From Bacteroidia bacterium (GTDB lineage Bacteria > Bacteroidota > Bacteroidia > J057 > JADKCL01): DNA of 64,000 nucleotides. Shown piece by piece: positions 1 through 10,686 of this stretch. The notes under the pieces were generated by a model. That model made no database searches. It was given only the letters and a program-made list of their open reading frames with translations, and was not told where the DNA came from. Made by a program: the position numbers and the translations under genes. The DNA lies in assembly GCA_020635905.1 (NCBI GenBank), contig JACJYV010000006.1, positions 24,060 through 88,059 on the forward strand, read 5' to 3'. Each line of letters opens with the position of its first letter. Position 1 is the first letter of the stretch.

Positions 1-53
1 TCCATCAAAATATTTTTTAAATTGGAGGCAGAAATCCATTCAAACCCGAATCC

Positions 54-869
54 GTGAAAAAAATCAGTAAAAATCTCCTCCTTCTGCTGTTGCTTTCCAG
101 CATTTTTATGGGCTGCAACGGCCAGGCCACCCCTGATCAGGGAAATATTCCACAAAAAGATGAGGCCTTAACTACAAGGAAGGCTGTTTCTGAAATTCCC
201 ATCATTTACAGCGATGCCTATAATTATCTGCCCGAGGATTGGAAAAAGCCGCCCATCAACGCCGCAGTAAATCCTCTTGACACGGCCGAAATCGGCCGTT
301 GTGAGAAGGCCTCCCTGGTCGCCATGGCCAAATACCATCCTGACGTGCTCAAGTGGAACCTGGATTATCTGGTTTGGGTGAAGTCGCTGGAGTTTTATGG
401 CGCACCTTACGGGGGTACGAATTCTACCAAAAACCTTTACCTGGCCAATGACGGGGAGGCCGAGGGCTACTCAGAACACTATCTGGAGGGCTCATTTCAC
501 CACGAGTTTTCCAGCATTTTGCTGCGCAATTATACGACCTACTTCGACCAGGGCGCATGGGACAGGCTGCTGCCTGTGGGATTTTCTTACGGCGAAGGCG
601 GGACCCAGGCCATTCTGGATGGCAAAGCCAGCCAGGGTCTGGACGAAAGTCTGAACGAATTGGGCTTTGTGGATCAGTACGCCACTTCTGATGCAGAAAA
701 TGATCTGAATGAGATTGCCCAGAATCTGTTTGCCCCTGAAGAAGTATTTTGGGAACGGGTGGACAAATATCCCGCCCTGAAAAAGAAGGTCGCCTTTGTG
801 ATCGATTTTTACCACCAGATCTGGGAAGTTTGGAACGAACAGCTTTTCCGGACTTACGATGTGAAGTAG
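54..869 (+). CDS. Lipoprotein, putative zinc-binding metallopeptidase-like (degenerate HExxH)
   Basis: Basic N-terminus, Leu-rich stretch and lipobox-like FMGC; FHHEFSSILL resembles the HHEFxHIL motif of Bacteroidota putative Zn-metallopeptidases. Confidence 0.55.
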   Translation: MKKISKNLLLLLLLSSIFMGCNGQATPDQGNIPQKDEALTTRKAVSEIPIIYSDAYNYLPEDWKKPPINAAVNPLDTAEIGRCEKASLVAMAKYHPDVLKWNLDYLVWVKSLEFYGAPYGGTNSTKNLYLANDGEAEGYSEHYLEGSFHHEFSSILLRNYTTYFDQGAWDRLLPVGFSYGEGGTQAILDGKASQGLDESLNELGFVDQYATSDAENDLNEIAQNLFAPEEVFWERVDKYPALKKKVAFVIDFYHQIWEVWNEQLFRTYDVK

Positions 870-875
870 ATTTTG

Positions 876-1820
876 ATGGAAAAAATTCCCCTGGTTTTTT
901 CACCCGGCTATGATATGTCGCTGCTGGGGATCGAAAAATTGCATCCCTTCGACAGCACGAAGTACGGGAAAGTGTATCGTTTTTTGCTGGAGCACAAATT
1001 ATTCCAACCCGGCGAAACCCATGAACCAGAGGAAGTTACCCATGAATTTCTGCTTCAGATTCACGGAGAAATGTATCTGGAGAGTTTGAAAAAATCCGCC
1101 AAAATCGCTCAGATCGCAGAGGTGGATTTCCTGAAAAATGTGCCTGCTTTCCTCTTGGACAGATTTTTCCTGAAACCCATGCGGCTGGCCACAGGCGGCA
1201 CCGTGCTTGGAGCAGAGCTGGCCCTGAAACATGGCTGGGCCGTCAATCTGGGAGGCGGCTTTCACCATGCCAAAGCCACCCTCAGTTCGGGATTCTGCTT
1301 TTACGCTGACATTCCCCTGGCGGCTTACGAACTGCTGAAACACCATCCTGAGGTAAAAAAGATCATGGTGGTGGACCTGGATGCGCACCAGGGCAACGGA
1401 TTTGAGGACATTTTTGGTGAAGATCCCCGCATAGTGACCTTTGACGTTTACAATGGCCAGATTTATCCCCTGGATTACGAAGCCCGCAGGTTTATAAAGT
1501 ATAATTATCCCGTTAAACCCAAAATGGCCGACCCGGAATATCTGGATTTGCTGGCGCAGGAACTTCCCAAAGCCATAGACCGCGAGAAGCCAGAGTTGGT
1601 CATTTATAATGCAGGCAGCGATATTTATAAAGGTGACCCTCTGGGCGGATTTGATATTTCGGCTGTGGGGATTCTGCGGCGGGATCAGTTTGTGTTTGGG
1701 GAGGCAGTGAAGCGAAAAATCCCCTTGCTGATGTTGCTGAGCGGGGGATATCATCCTGCAAGCTGGGAAATCATTGGCTCGGCCATTCTGGCCAGCCTGA
1801 AAAAATGGAAACTGGCCTGA
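876..1820 (+). CDS. Histone deacetylase family protein (class IV / HDAC11-like)
   Basis: GGGFHHA, SGFCFYADI, DLDAHQGNG, YNAGSD and LSGGY HDAC motifs. Confidence 0.9.
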   Translation: MEKIPLVFSPGYDMSLLGIEKLHPFDSTKYGKVYRFLLEHKLFQPGETHEPEEVTHEFLLQIHGEMYLESLKKSAKIAQIAEVDFLKNVPAFLLDRFFLKPMRLATGGTVLGAELALKHGWAVNLGGGFHHAKATLSSGFCFYADIPLAAYELLKHHPEVKKIMVVDLDAHQGNGFEDIFGEDPRIVTFDVYNGQIYPLDYEARRFIKYNYPVKPKMADPEYLDLLAQELPKAIDREKPELVIYNAGSDIYKGDPLGGFDISAVGILRRDQFVFGEAVKRKIPLLMLLSGGYHPASWEIIGSAILASLKKWKLA

Positions 1821-2030
1821 GCGGCCTGCTTTGAAAAAAGGGCGAAGAATTCGCCCGCCAAACCCTTTGGTTTGGACCTGTTGCGAAAAAACAGTTGAAG
1901 GATTTTTCGAAAAAACGAAGTAAATTGCGCCGGTTTCGGAAAAAGGCCTCTCATTTATCAAAAAATGCCCGGCAACTTTCCCGAAAAAGGTTTTTGAGAT
2001 TAAATTAGTTGTATTCTATAAAAATTGAAT

Positions 2031-3278
2031 ATGGATATTTTGGACAACCTCCATGTGAGTAAGGGTGCTTTTGGCGACGTCGCCGCCATTGGGCATGGTT
2101 ACATTACCTTCCCCAAATTAAAGGGCCCTCTCTCCACCCGTATGATGTTCAACGGAAAAGAAAAAATCGTGTGGAGCATCAACGATTACCTTGGCCTGGC
2201 CACCCATCCTGAGGTAGTAAAAGCTGACGCAGAAGCAGGTCAGAAATATTCCATGGCCTTCCCCATGGGTTCACGGATCATGTCTGGTCACCAGGACGAG
2301 CACGAGCAACTTGAGCAGCAACTGGCTGATTTTGTTGGCAAGGAAAGTGCAATCCTTTTCAACTTTGGATATCCCGGCGTATTCTCCTCCATCGACGCCA
2401 TCCTGGGCCGCCGGGATGTGGTGATTTACGACGAGGAATGTCATGCCTGCATCATTGACGGGGTGCGACTGCACCTGGGCAAGCGCATGGCTTTCAAACA
2501 TAATGACATTGACCACCTGGAAAAACAATTGCAGAAAGCTGAAAAAATCGCTGCTGAGACTGGCGGCGGTATTTTGGTGATCAGCGAAGGTGTGTTTTCC
2601 ATGCGTGGCGACCAGGGTCGCCTGAAAGAAATCGTGGATCTCAAATCCAAGTACAGTTTCCGCCTGTTTGTGGACGACGCCCACGGCTTTGGCGTACTTG
2701 GCAAAACCGGCGCTGGTTGCGGCGAGGAGCAGGGTTGTCAGGACGGAATTGACTTTTACTTCGCCACTTTCGCCAAATCCATGGCTTCCATTGGTGCCTT
2801 CCTGGCTGCCAAAGATCATGTGGTGAAATTCCTCTACTATAACGCCCGTTCTCAGGTATTTGCCAAATCTCTGCCTATGGTGCTGACCCTGGGTGCAATG
2901 AAAAGGCTGGAAATCCTGAAAAAGCATCCCGAACTGAAGGATAAAATGTGGGAAAATGCCAAAAAACTCCGCGATGGTCTGGCCGCCCGTGGACTGAGCG
3001 TGGCAGGTGGTGAATCCCCCATTACCCCCATTTACCTGCATGGTTCGCTGGAAGAGGCTAAAAACGTATTGCTCGACATCCGTGAAACCCATAATATCTT
3101 CTGCTCTGGTGTAATTTACCCTGTGGTTCCCAAGGACGTGATCCTCTTCCGTCTCGTGCCGACCGCCCGTCACACGGAAGCCGACATCAACGAAACCCTG
3201 GATGCCTTCGAACAGGTTTCCAATAAACTCAAAGCAGGTTACTACAAAAGCGTTAATCTGATGCCCCAGGGCGTCTGA
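2031..3278 (+). CDS. PLP-dependent alpha-oxoamine synthase (AONS/SPT family), resembling cysteate acyltransferases of sulfonolipid synthesis
   Basis: WSINDYLGLA, HACIIDG, DDAHGFG and TFAKS (PLP lysine); from memory the sequence resembles Flavobacterium/Alistipes cysteate acyl-transferases. Confidence 0.75.
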   Translation: MDILDNLHVSKGAFGDVAAIGHGYITFPKLKGPLSTRMMFNGKEKIVWSINDYLGLATHPEVVKADAEAGQKYSMAFPMGSRIMSGHQDEHEQLEQQLADFVGKESAILFNFGYPGVFSSIDAILGRRDVVIYDEECHACIIDGVRLHLGKRMAFKHNDIDHLEKQLQKAEKIAAETGGGILVISEGVFSMRGDQGRLKEIVDLKSKYSFRLFVDDAHGFGVLGKTGAGCGEEQGCQDGIDFYFATFAKSMASIGAFLAAKDHVVKFLYYNARSQVFAKSLPMVLTLGAMKRLEILKKHPELKDKMWENAKKLRDGLAARGLSVAGGESPITPIYLHGSLEEAKNVLLDIRETHNIFCSGVIYPVVPKDVILFRLVPTARHTEADINETLDAFEQVSNKLKAGYYKSVNLMPQGV

Positions 3279-3304
3279 TCAGGCGGGTTTTAAGTTCAAA
3301 AAAC

Positions 3305-3338
3305 ACCCCTTCCGGGACTCGGGAGGGGTATTTTTTTT
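3305..3338 (+). terminator. Intrinsic terminator, probably bidirectional
   Basis: 10-bp stem ACCCCTTCCG/CGGGAGGGGT (one G-U pair), 5-nt loop, T8 tract downstream and A-run upstream; lies between convergent genes. Confidence 0.8.
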
Positions 3339-3512
3339 GAGAAAAACCATATCCATTACCCCATGAATCCAGTCCAGGCAAATTATAATGCATTATCAGT
3401 AAACAAATACTGCATTGAGTGATTGTGAAGACGATTTAAAAAATATCTACCTTGGTGAAAACAATCCCCCACACGCCTCTGACGCAAGCGCAATTTGTGG
3501 GGCTTTTTTTAC

Positions 3513-4328
3513 TCACTTCACCGTCAATACTCCCTGCATCACGGTCACGGCTTTGCCCTGCAACAGAGTTCGTTCGCCGTTGACCTTTACCTTCACCATG
3601 CCGCCGCGGGGAGAAGCCTGGTAGCCAATCATTTCCTTTTTGCCCAGTTTTTCCATCCAGTAGGTGCCCAGGCAGCAATGTGCGCTCCCGGTCACAGGAT
3701 CCTCGTCTATACCAGACTGAGGGGCAAAAAACCGCGAAACGAAATCCTTCTGGCCGTTGGCGCCCCGGGCCGTGATCATCAGGCCGCGCGCATCCAACTC
3801 GCGGATCAGGCGAAAATCAGGACGATACTCCCGCACCTCCTGCTCAGAAGCCAGCTCAATCAACAGATCAAACTTACTTTTCCCCACAAAAACAGGCTCC
3901 AAACCCAGTTTTTCCAGCCAGTCAGCGGAAACTTCCGTTCCTTTCACGGGAATAGAAGGAAAGTCCAGGCTGATCCAGTCGCCTGCCTTACTGGCCCGTA
4001 AAATCCCACTCCGTGTATCAAAAACCAGTTCGCGCTCCTCAGACCTGAGCTCTGTTTCCCAGATAATATGAGCCGTGGCCAGGGTCGCGTGACCGCACAA
4101 ATCCACCTCAATGGTTGGGGTAAACCAACGCAGATCAATGGTGCCATCCCGCAAAATAAAAAAAGCCGTCTCAGCCAGGTTCATTTCGGCCGCCACCTGC
4201 TGCATCCAGTGGCTGGATTTGGATTGCATGAGGTAGCACACGGCCGCAGGATTACCCTGAAAAGGTACGTCCGTGAATGCATCCACCTGAAAAATGGGAA
4301 TTATGGGTGTTTTTGTGTGATCAGACAT
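3513..4328 (-). CDS. PhzF family isomerase/epimerase
   Basis: QVDAFT..GNPAAV, AETAF, EVDLCGHATLATA and EDPVTGSAH motifs. Confidence 0.92.
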   Translation of the reverse strand: MSDHTKTPIIPIFQVDAFTDVPFQGNPAAVCYLMQSKSSHWMQQVAAEMNLAETAFFILRDGTIDLRWFTPTIEVDLCGHATLATAHIIWETELRSEERELVFDTRSGILRASKAGDWISLDFPSIPVKGTEVSADWLEKLGLEPVFVGKSKFDLLIELASEQEVREYRPDFRLIRELDARGLMITARGANGQKDFVSRFFAPQSGIDEDPVTGSAHCCLGTYWMEKLGKKEMIGYQASPRGGMVKVKVNGERTLLQGKAVTVMQGVLTVK

Positions 4329-4386
4329 AGTGCACAATTATTCATATTTTTAAGCCATTCTCATAGGACAAAAATTTGACACGAAA

Positions 4387-5091
4387 ATGAATTTGAAAGA
4401 CAAAACTGTACTCCTGACGGGCGGAAGCCTGGGAATTGGCAAAGCAACTGCTGCCTTATTGATTGAAAAAGGCGCCAAAGTCGCCATTACAGGCCGCGAC
4501 GCGGCCCGGGTTCAGGCTGCTGCCGACGAAATCGGGGCTCTCGCCATTTGCGCTGACGTGGGCAACCCTGACGACATTGACCGCACGTATGCTGAATTTC
4601 TGCAGGCTTTTGGCCACCTGGATGTCTTGATCAATAATGCGGGCATTGGAGGTTCATTTGCCCGGCTTGAAGCTGTGGAATGGGATGATTTTGAGCAGGT
4701 TTTCCGGGTGAATGTATTTGGCGCCGCCCTCATGGGCAAGCATGCTGCCCACTTGTTCATGGCCCAAAACCATGGCAACATTATCAACATTGGATCCACG
4801 GCCTCCCTCAAAGGCTTTGCCCGGGGCAGTGTTTACTCAGCCAGCAAATTTGCCCTTCGCTCTCTGAGCCAAAGCTGGGCAGATGAACTTCGGAAGCACA
4901 ACGTGCGGGTCATGCAGATCAATCCCAGCGAAGTAAAAACTGCCTTCGCCAATGCAGATCGGGTTGAACGCCCGGAGGAGGACAATAAATTACGCTCTCA
5001 GGAAATCGCACATGCCATAATAACAGCCCTGGAAATGGATGACCGGGGATTTATCCCTGAATTAAGTGTCTGGGCCACGAATCCATTCTAA
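4387..5091 (+). CDS. Short-chain dehydrogenase/reductase
   Basis: TGGSLGIG, NNAGIG and YSASK motifs. Confidence 0.92.
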   Translation: MNLKDKTVLLTGGSLGIGKATAALLIEKGAKVAITGRDAARVQAAADEIGALAICADVGNPDDIDRTYAEFLQAFGHLDVLINNAGIGGSFARLEAVEWDDFEQVFRVNVFGAALMGKHAAHLFMAQNHGNIINIGSTASLKGFARGSVYSASKFALRSLSQSWADELRKHNVRVMQINPSEVKTAFANADRVERPEEDNKLRSQEIAHAIITALEMDDRGFIPELSVWATNPF

Positions 5092-5106
5092 CTCAGATTT
5101 TCCTGA

Positions 5107-5597
5107 ATTCCGTCAATCTATTGACTGAATTAACATTAATTGCGTCAATATAGTGACGGAATTAGCTATTTTTTAATTGATTGTCCTCATTCTCCTCCCC
5201 TGTTTTGGCTCCCGCTGTTGCTCAGAGAGGAAATGGATGCTCCAAAAGCCCAAGCAAAGGCCTCAATCCCTGCAATTGGGCTTTTGGAGTTGGCAAGTGC
5301 ATTTTCTGCGGCAAGCTATCAGAGGCTGATGCCCAAAAAACAGGAAAAATCCACATCGCATTTTGATCAATTCCGTCAATTTATTGACGGAATTAACATT
5401 AATTCAGTCATTATAGTGACGGAATTAACGAAATTTTCATAAAAATCTGAAGTACCCAACCTGAGATCCGGGACACACTCTCCTGATTTACAGACAAATA
5501 CATGCTAAAACAGAGCATTTTTTAGGAAAATCATTAATTACGTCAATTAATTGACTAAATTAACGTTAATTGCGTCAACAAGATGACTGAAATGAGC
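5107..5597. repeat. Three ~60-bp copies of a double-palindrome repeat (5107-5166, 5369-5430, 5537-5597)
   Basis: Each copy is two tandem imperfect palindromes of type AATTCCGTCAAT-NN-ATTGACGGAATT joined by AACATT/AACGTT; 5369-5394 is a perfect 12-bp inverted repeat with a 2-nt spacer. Confidence 0.9.
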
Positions 5598-6728
5598 ATA
5601 ATTCAGAGGGCAATAAAGAAAACCATTATCCAAAGCCTGATCCCCAACAAAGTGATCATATTGGTTGGACCACGCCGGGTAGGAAAAACAATTTTAATCA
5701 AACAAGTCATCACGGAATTAAATGAACCCTTTTTGCTGCTAAATGGGGAAGATTTTGCAGTTCAGGAGCTTCTGGCCAGAAGAAGCGTACAGAACTACGT
5801 CAATATCATGGGAGACAAGAAGCTTTTGGTGATCGACGAGGCCCAAAAAATCCCTGAAATAGGATATATCCTGAAATTGATGGTAGATGAAATCGAGGGC
5901 ATCAGGATTTTAGTAACCGGGTCTTCGGCCTTCGACATTGACAATATGACGGGAGAGCCGCTTACTGGCCGAAAAAAGACCTTCAACCTGTACTCACTTT
6001 CAGAGCAGGAGCTGGACCAGATAGAGAGCCCCATTGAAAAAAAAGACAACCTGAGATCCAGGTTGGTGTACGGAAATTATCCTGAGCTCCTCACCTTGAA
6101 TGATCCCCGCGACAAAGCAGATTATTTGAAAGAAGTCGTTAATTCCTATCTCCTCAAGGACATTCTGACTTTCGAAAATATTCGCAATTCAGATAAATTA
6201 CTCAATCTCCTTCGCTTGATTGCCTTTCAGATTGGGGGTGAAATTTCGCTTCAGGAATTGGGACAACAACTTTCCATGAGCAAAAACACGGTGGAAAAAT
6301 ACCTCGATCTGCTCTCCAAAGTATTTGTGATTCACCAGGTTAGCGGCTTCAGCAGGAACCTAAGGAAAGAAATAACCAAGAGCAGTAAATGGTATTTTCT
6401 CGACAACGGGTTGCGGAATATTTTGATCGCCAATGTGAACCCTATCGAACTCAGAAATGACCTGGGGCAGCTTTGGGAAAATTATATCATCAGTGAAAGG
6501 ATCAAGCACCAGACTTATAACAGGGTTTTGGTCAACAATTACTTTTGGCGAACCTACGATCAGCAGGAAATTGATTGGGTGGAGGAAAGGGAAGGAAAAT
6601 TATTTGGCTATGAATTCAAATGGAGTCCTAAAAAAAGGCCCAAAGCACCCCTGGCCTGGACAAAAAATTATGATGAATCTGAATTCGGGGTGATCAGTCA
6701 GGAAAATTACCTCGAATGGATCAGATAA
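5583..6728 (+). CDS. AAA_14 ATPase with C-terminal DUF4143 (HTH + PD-(D/E)xK-like) domain
   Basis: Walker A GPRRVGKT, Walker B IDEAQ, TGSS, YFLDNGLRN and C-terminal WRT..QQEID...YEFK. Confidence 0.9.
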   Translation: MTEMSIIQRAIKKTIIQSLIPNKVIILVGPRRVGKTILIKQVITELNEPFLLLNGEDFAVQELLARRSVQNYVNIMGDKKLLVIDEAQKIPEIGYILKLMVDEIEGIRILVTGSSAFDIDNMTGEPLTGRKKTFNLYSLSEQELDQIESPIEKKDNLRSRLVYGNYPELLTLNDPRDKADYLKEVVNSYLLKDILTFENIRNSDKLLNLLRLIAFQIGGEISLQELGQQLSMSKNTVEKYLDLLSKVFVIHQVSGFSRNLRKEITKSSKWYFLDNGLRNILIANVNPIELRNDLGQLWENYIISERIKHQTYNRVLVNNYFWRTYDQQEIDWVEEREGKLFGYEFKWSPKKRPKAPLAWTKNYDESEFGVISQENYLEWIR

Positions 6729-6808
6729 ACTGAAGCAAATTTGTGGGTGAAAATCAGGCCCGCTTTTTGAAGGTTAATTTCAGATTCCAATGAAATTCAG
6801 AAGGACAA

Positions 6809-7957
6809 ATGAGGAAAATCTCCCTGGCAAAATTAATTCTCTTGTGGCTGTTGCTGTTGCTTCAATTTCCCACCAAAATCACTGCCCAACCAAAAGGGCA
6901 AAATCCCAACACAGTTTTCGAACAATTCTGGACCATCATGGACCAGAATTATGCCTTTTTTGAGCTCAAAAAGATTGACTGGGAAGCTGTTCACGAGGAA
7001 TATAGCCACAAAATAACCGCCCATACAAGCGAGGACGAACTATTCAATCTTTTGGTGGAAATTCTGCGCCCTTTCAATGATGCGCACATCAAACTGAAAA
7101 CAACGGGAGCAAACAGACGGAGCTTCAACGGCACCCGCTTGTCGGGCTTCAGTGAGGAATTTCCAACAGACAGCCTGAAAACCCAATATTTCGAAACGGT
7201 GAAAAATAGCCTCAGTTCCATGGGATTTGATTCGCTAAAATTTCTGGGGCCAGTGCTGAGCGGGAAAAATGCCATTTACAACCACCACACCTTTGAATAT
7301 GCTGAATCAGGTGAATTTGCCTACGTGAAGATTTCCTGGTTTTTCTACGATTGGCTGGAAATTCAAAAAACAGGAGCCCGCAAAGACGGACAGAAATTTC
7401 TGGATGGATTTCGTTTGATTTTGGATAAAATGGCTTCTCAAAAGGGTTTGATCCTGGATCTGCGCAATAATATTGGTGGGGTAAGTGGCTTGCCACAGCG
7501 CCTTGCGGCTAATTTTGCAACTGAAAAATTCATTGGAGAATACACTTGTGAGCGCAAAAAAGCAGGGCATGAGTCCTTCACCAAAGTCAAATCTGTGTGG
7601 GTAAAACCCAAAAAGGAAAATCCCTGGCTCAAGCCAGTGGTTTTGCTCGTTAACGACGAAACGGTCAGTGCTTCAGAAGAATTTGTCCTGATGATGAAAA
7701 ACCTGCCTCAGGTAAAAGTGGTGGGAGTTCCCTCCCAGGGCGCCCTTTCTGATATTTACGAGCAAAAATTGTCCAATGGCTGGAGCCTTTCGCTCTCCAA
7801 TATGCGTTTCTATTCAAGCGAAAAGGTATGTTATGAAAATGTGGGCATTCCCGTGGATGTTGAAAGCAAAAACACCCGGAGGGACCTGAATAGCCAGGTT
7901 GACGCTGTGTTGAAAAAGGGGTTGGAAACCCTCAGAGAAATGCTTGCTTCCCCTTGA
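6809..7957 (+). CDS. S41 family peptidase (tricorn-core-like), secreted
   Basis: Signal peptide; LILDLRNNIGG, TVSASEEF and GIPVD motifs. Confidence 0.88.
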   Translation: MRKISLAKLILLWLLLLLQFPTKITAQPKGQNPNTVFEQFWTIMDQNYAFFELKKIDWEAVHEEYSHKITAHTSEDELFNLLVEILRPFNDAHIKLKTTGANRRSFNGTRLSGFSEEFPTDSLKTQYFETVKNSLSSMGFDSLKFLGPVLSGKNAIYNHHTFEYAESGEFAYVKISWFFYDWLEIQKTGARKDGQKFLDGFRLILDKMASQKGLILDLRNNIGGVSGLPQRLAANFATEKFIGEYTCERKKAGHESFTKVKSVWVKPKKENPWLKPVVLLVNDETVSASEEFVLMMKNLPQVKVVGVPSQGALSDIYEQKLSNGWSLSLSNMRFYSSEKVCYENVGIPVDVESKNTRRDLNSQVDAVLKKGLETLREMLASP

Positions 7958-8088
7958 ATTCCAGCTGATTGAAAAATAATGGATTGAATCAAATGGAAGT
8001 TGTATCCAAATTCAACCCCAAAAAGGGTTCTTTCCCAAACGGAATTTCAGCTATGAAATTTCCACGGTAAAATGGGTAACTTTATCGT

Positions 8089-8637
8089 ATGAAAAACGAC
8101 CTCAGCAACCCCTGGCACAAGGTTTCCATCGGGGACAAAGTGCCCCAAATTGTCAATGGAATCATTGAAATCCCCAAGCATACCCGGGCCAAATACGAGC
8201 TCGACAAAGATTCGGGCCTGCTGAAAATGGACCGCGTGCTTTATTCGTCCATGTATTACCCGGCCAATTACGGCTTTATTCCCCAAACCTATTGCGACGA
8301 CGGCGACCCGCTTGACATTCTGATTCTTTCCCAGATTGATGTGGTGCCCTTATGCATCGTTTCGGCCAAGGTAATTGGGGTGATGCGCATGCTCGACGGG
8401 GGCGAAATGGATGACAAAATCATTGCCGTGGCCGAAAATGACATGAGCGTGAACCACATCCAGGATATTTCCGCCCTGCCTGAGTACTTTTTCAAGGAAT
8501 TGAAAAACTTTTTTGAGGATTATAAAAAGCTGGAAAATAAATCCGTGGCGGTCGATGAATTTCAAAACCGGGAAATTGCCATGAAAATCATTGAGCAAAG
8601 CATGAAAGACTATGCTGCTCTTATGCAATCAGTCTGA
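8089..8637 (+). CDS. ppa: Family I inorganic pyrophosphatase
   Basis: [23 protein letters not shown] and DDKIIAV motifs. Confidence 0.97.
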   Translation: MKNDLSNPWHKVSIGDKVPQIVNGIIEIPKHTRAKYELDKDSGLLKMDRVLYSSMYYPANYGFIPQTYCDDGDPLDILILSQIDVVPLCIVSAKVIGVMRMLDGGEMDDKIIAVAENDMSVNHIQDISALPEYFFKELKNFFEDYKKLENKSVAVDEFQNREIAMKIIEQSMKDYAALMQSV

Positions 8638-10392
8638 GGATTGGAGAATTGAAACCAAAGGCAAAAACACAACAAATTCGCTTCCTTCACCCGTTTTACT
8701 GGTCACCTGAATTTTACCCCCGTTCTTTTCCAGAAATTCCTTCACCAACAATAAACCCAAGCCTGAGCCCTGCTCATTGGCCGTTCCGTAGCTCGAAACA
8801 TGCTCATTCCCAAATAATTTTGCCAGAATTTGTTCTGACATCCCAACTCCCGAATCCCTGACCCAGACTTTCGCTTCGCCGCCATCAACCAGACCAGTAA
8901 TCTCAATTTTACCACCTTTTGGGGTAAATTTGATGGCATTTGAAATAAGATTCCTGAACACCAGTTTCATCATTTCGGGGTCGGCAAAAGCGGGTAAATT
9001 TCCCTGTAAACGGTTTTCAAGCACAATCCCTTTCGCTTCAGCCTGCGGCTTCAGCAATTGCACTACCCCCGCCACCAATTCGGCCAGATTCACCTCCCCC
9101 GCCTGCACCTGAAACCCCTCCAACTGGCTCCTCGACCAGTTCAACAAATTGTCCACCAGCATGGTGGTGTGATCCACCCGGTCGATCAGACTCGAAGTCA
9201 GGCCCCTGATTTCAGATTCAGACAGCGCTCCTGATTTGATCAAAGTCAGGATGCCGTGCAGGGAATTCAACGGACTACGCAAATCGTGGGAAATGATGGA
9301 AAAGATGCGGTCTTTGATCTGGTTCAATTCGCCCAAACGCTGATTCTGAGCCTGGATTTGCAGGTTTTTCTCCTCAATTTCTCCATTTTTGGCTTGTAGA
9401 ATTTCATTGGCGGCCATTTTTCGTTTGCGGCTTCTGTTCACCTGAAAAATTCCCAATAAGGCCCCCAGCAAGATCAGGCTAACCAGCAAAGTGGTCACAA
9501 ACAAAATGGTATTCTGCCGCTCGGTCAGCACATTGTCCTTGCGTAAAAGTTCGTATTCCCGTTCTGACCGCTCCTTTTCGTAACGGGCATTCATTTCTGC
9601 CATTTGCCGGGCACGACCTTCGTTATAGAGCGAATCCTGATAGATGTTGACCAGAGTCTGGTAGGTAAATGCATGCTCAAAATCGCCCTTTGCCAGGTAG
9701 GCCTTGGTCAGCACACTTGCCGCCCAGTGGACATAAGGCTTCACTTTTTCCTTTTTAGCCAGCTCAAAGCTCTCCAATCCGTACCTGATCGCTTCGTCGT
9801 AATTTTGCTGTTGCAAATAGGTGGTGGCGATATTATTGAGGACATTAGGAACGTCTGTCTGATTTTTTCGAAATCGTTGAATTTCAAGTGATTGGAAAAA
9901 GTACAACAGTGATTGGTCAGGACTGTGCCAACGGGCTATGGCGCCCAGCAAATTCAGGTTATTGGCGGTAAAATCTGTATCTGCCAGTGATTCAGTGAGT
10001 TCGAGAGACTTTTGGGTGTAAATCAGAGCCGAATCTTCCTCCTTGGCTTCGTAAAAAACTGCTCCAAAACGGTTCAGGATGCGGGCCAGCAACAGACTGT
10101 CTCCCAGGGGTTTAGCCAGGCGACTGGCTTCACGCAAATGAACCAATGCTGGTTCAAATTCCCTTCCCGCGCGGTAAGCATCCCCAATCAGACGGTGACT
10201 GTTGGCCTCACAGGCAGCATCGCCTGCGGTGCGGCAGGCTTCCAGCAATTGGGAATAGTATTTCAAAGCCAAATCCGTATTTCCCTGATTATACTCTTCC
10301 AGTCCCTTTTCACGCAGGGAATCGAATCCTGACTGGGCAAAAATCCACCCGCCAGGCAAGAAAAGCATAACCAGGATAACCGACAATTTCAT
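8629..10392 (-). CDS. TPR-repeat membrane sensor histidine kinase
   Basis: Signal peptide, TPR-like helices, one TM segment, HDLRSPL H-box, [14 protein letters not shown] and GSGLGL. Confidence 0.93.
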   Translation of the reverse strand: MKLSVILVMLFLPGGWIFAQSGFDSLREKGLEEYNQGNTDLALKYYSQLLEACRTAGDAACEANSHRLIGDAYRAGREFEPALVHLREASRLAKPLGDSLLLARILNRFGAVFYEAKEEDSALIYTQKSLELTESLADTDFTANNLNLLGAIARWHSPDQSLLYFFQSLEIQRFRKNQTDVPNVLNNIATTYLQQQNYDEAIRYGLESFELAKKEKVKPYVHWAASVLTKAYLAKGDFEHAFTYQTLVNIYQDSLYNEGRARQMAEMNARYEKERSEREYELLRKDNVLTERQNTILFVTTLLVSLILLGALLGIFQVNRSRKRKMAANEILQAKNGEIEEKNLQIQAQNQRLGELNQIKDRIFSIISHDLRSPLNSLHGILTLIKSGALSESEIRGLTSSLIDRVDHTTMLVDNLLNWSRSQLEGFQVQAGEVNLAELVAGVVQLLKPQAEAKGIVLENRLQGNLPAFADPEMMKLVFRNLISNAIKFTPKGGKIEITGLVDGGEAKVWVRDSGVGMSEQILAKLFGNEHVSSYGTANEQGSGLGLLLVKEFLEKNGGKIQVTSKTGEGSEFVVFLPLVSILQSSD

Positions 10393-10686
10393 TCCCCAAT
10401 CATAACGAAATAAAATTTACTTTTTTGGGAATATTTTTGAAAATGGAATTTATTTTGATTCATTTCTGATCTGAATTTTCTCTGGATTTCAAACCTCGTA
10501 CTTCACTGCAAACTTTTCCAATTCTGCCCTGAATCGTCAAAAAAACCACAATTTGACCGATTTACTCTACGAATTCCCCGGAAAAGTCGATAAACGACAT
10601 GCCTTTGCACTGAAATAATACCTAAATTTACGAGTCGCACTTTTTTTGGAATGTCCGCAGCAATGCGGGAATAAAATATCGGGATA

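Noticed and set aside
5107-5597. CRISPR array
   Set aside because: Only three ~60-bp repeats, with unequal spacers of ~200 and ~105 bp, and no cas genes; fits operator-like palindromes better
8629-8637. Overlap of ppa and the histidine kinase 3' ends
   Set aside because: A 9-bp convergent overlap is common and implies no functional link
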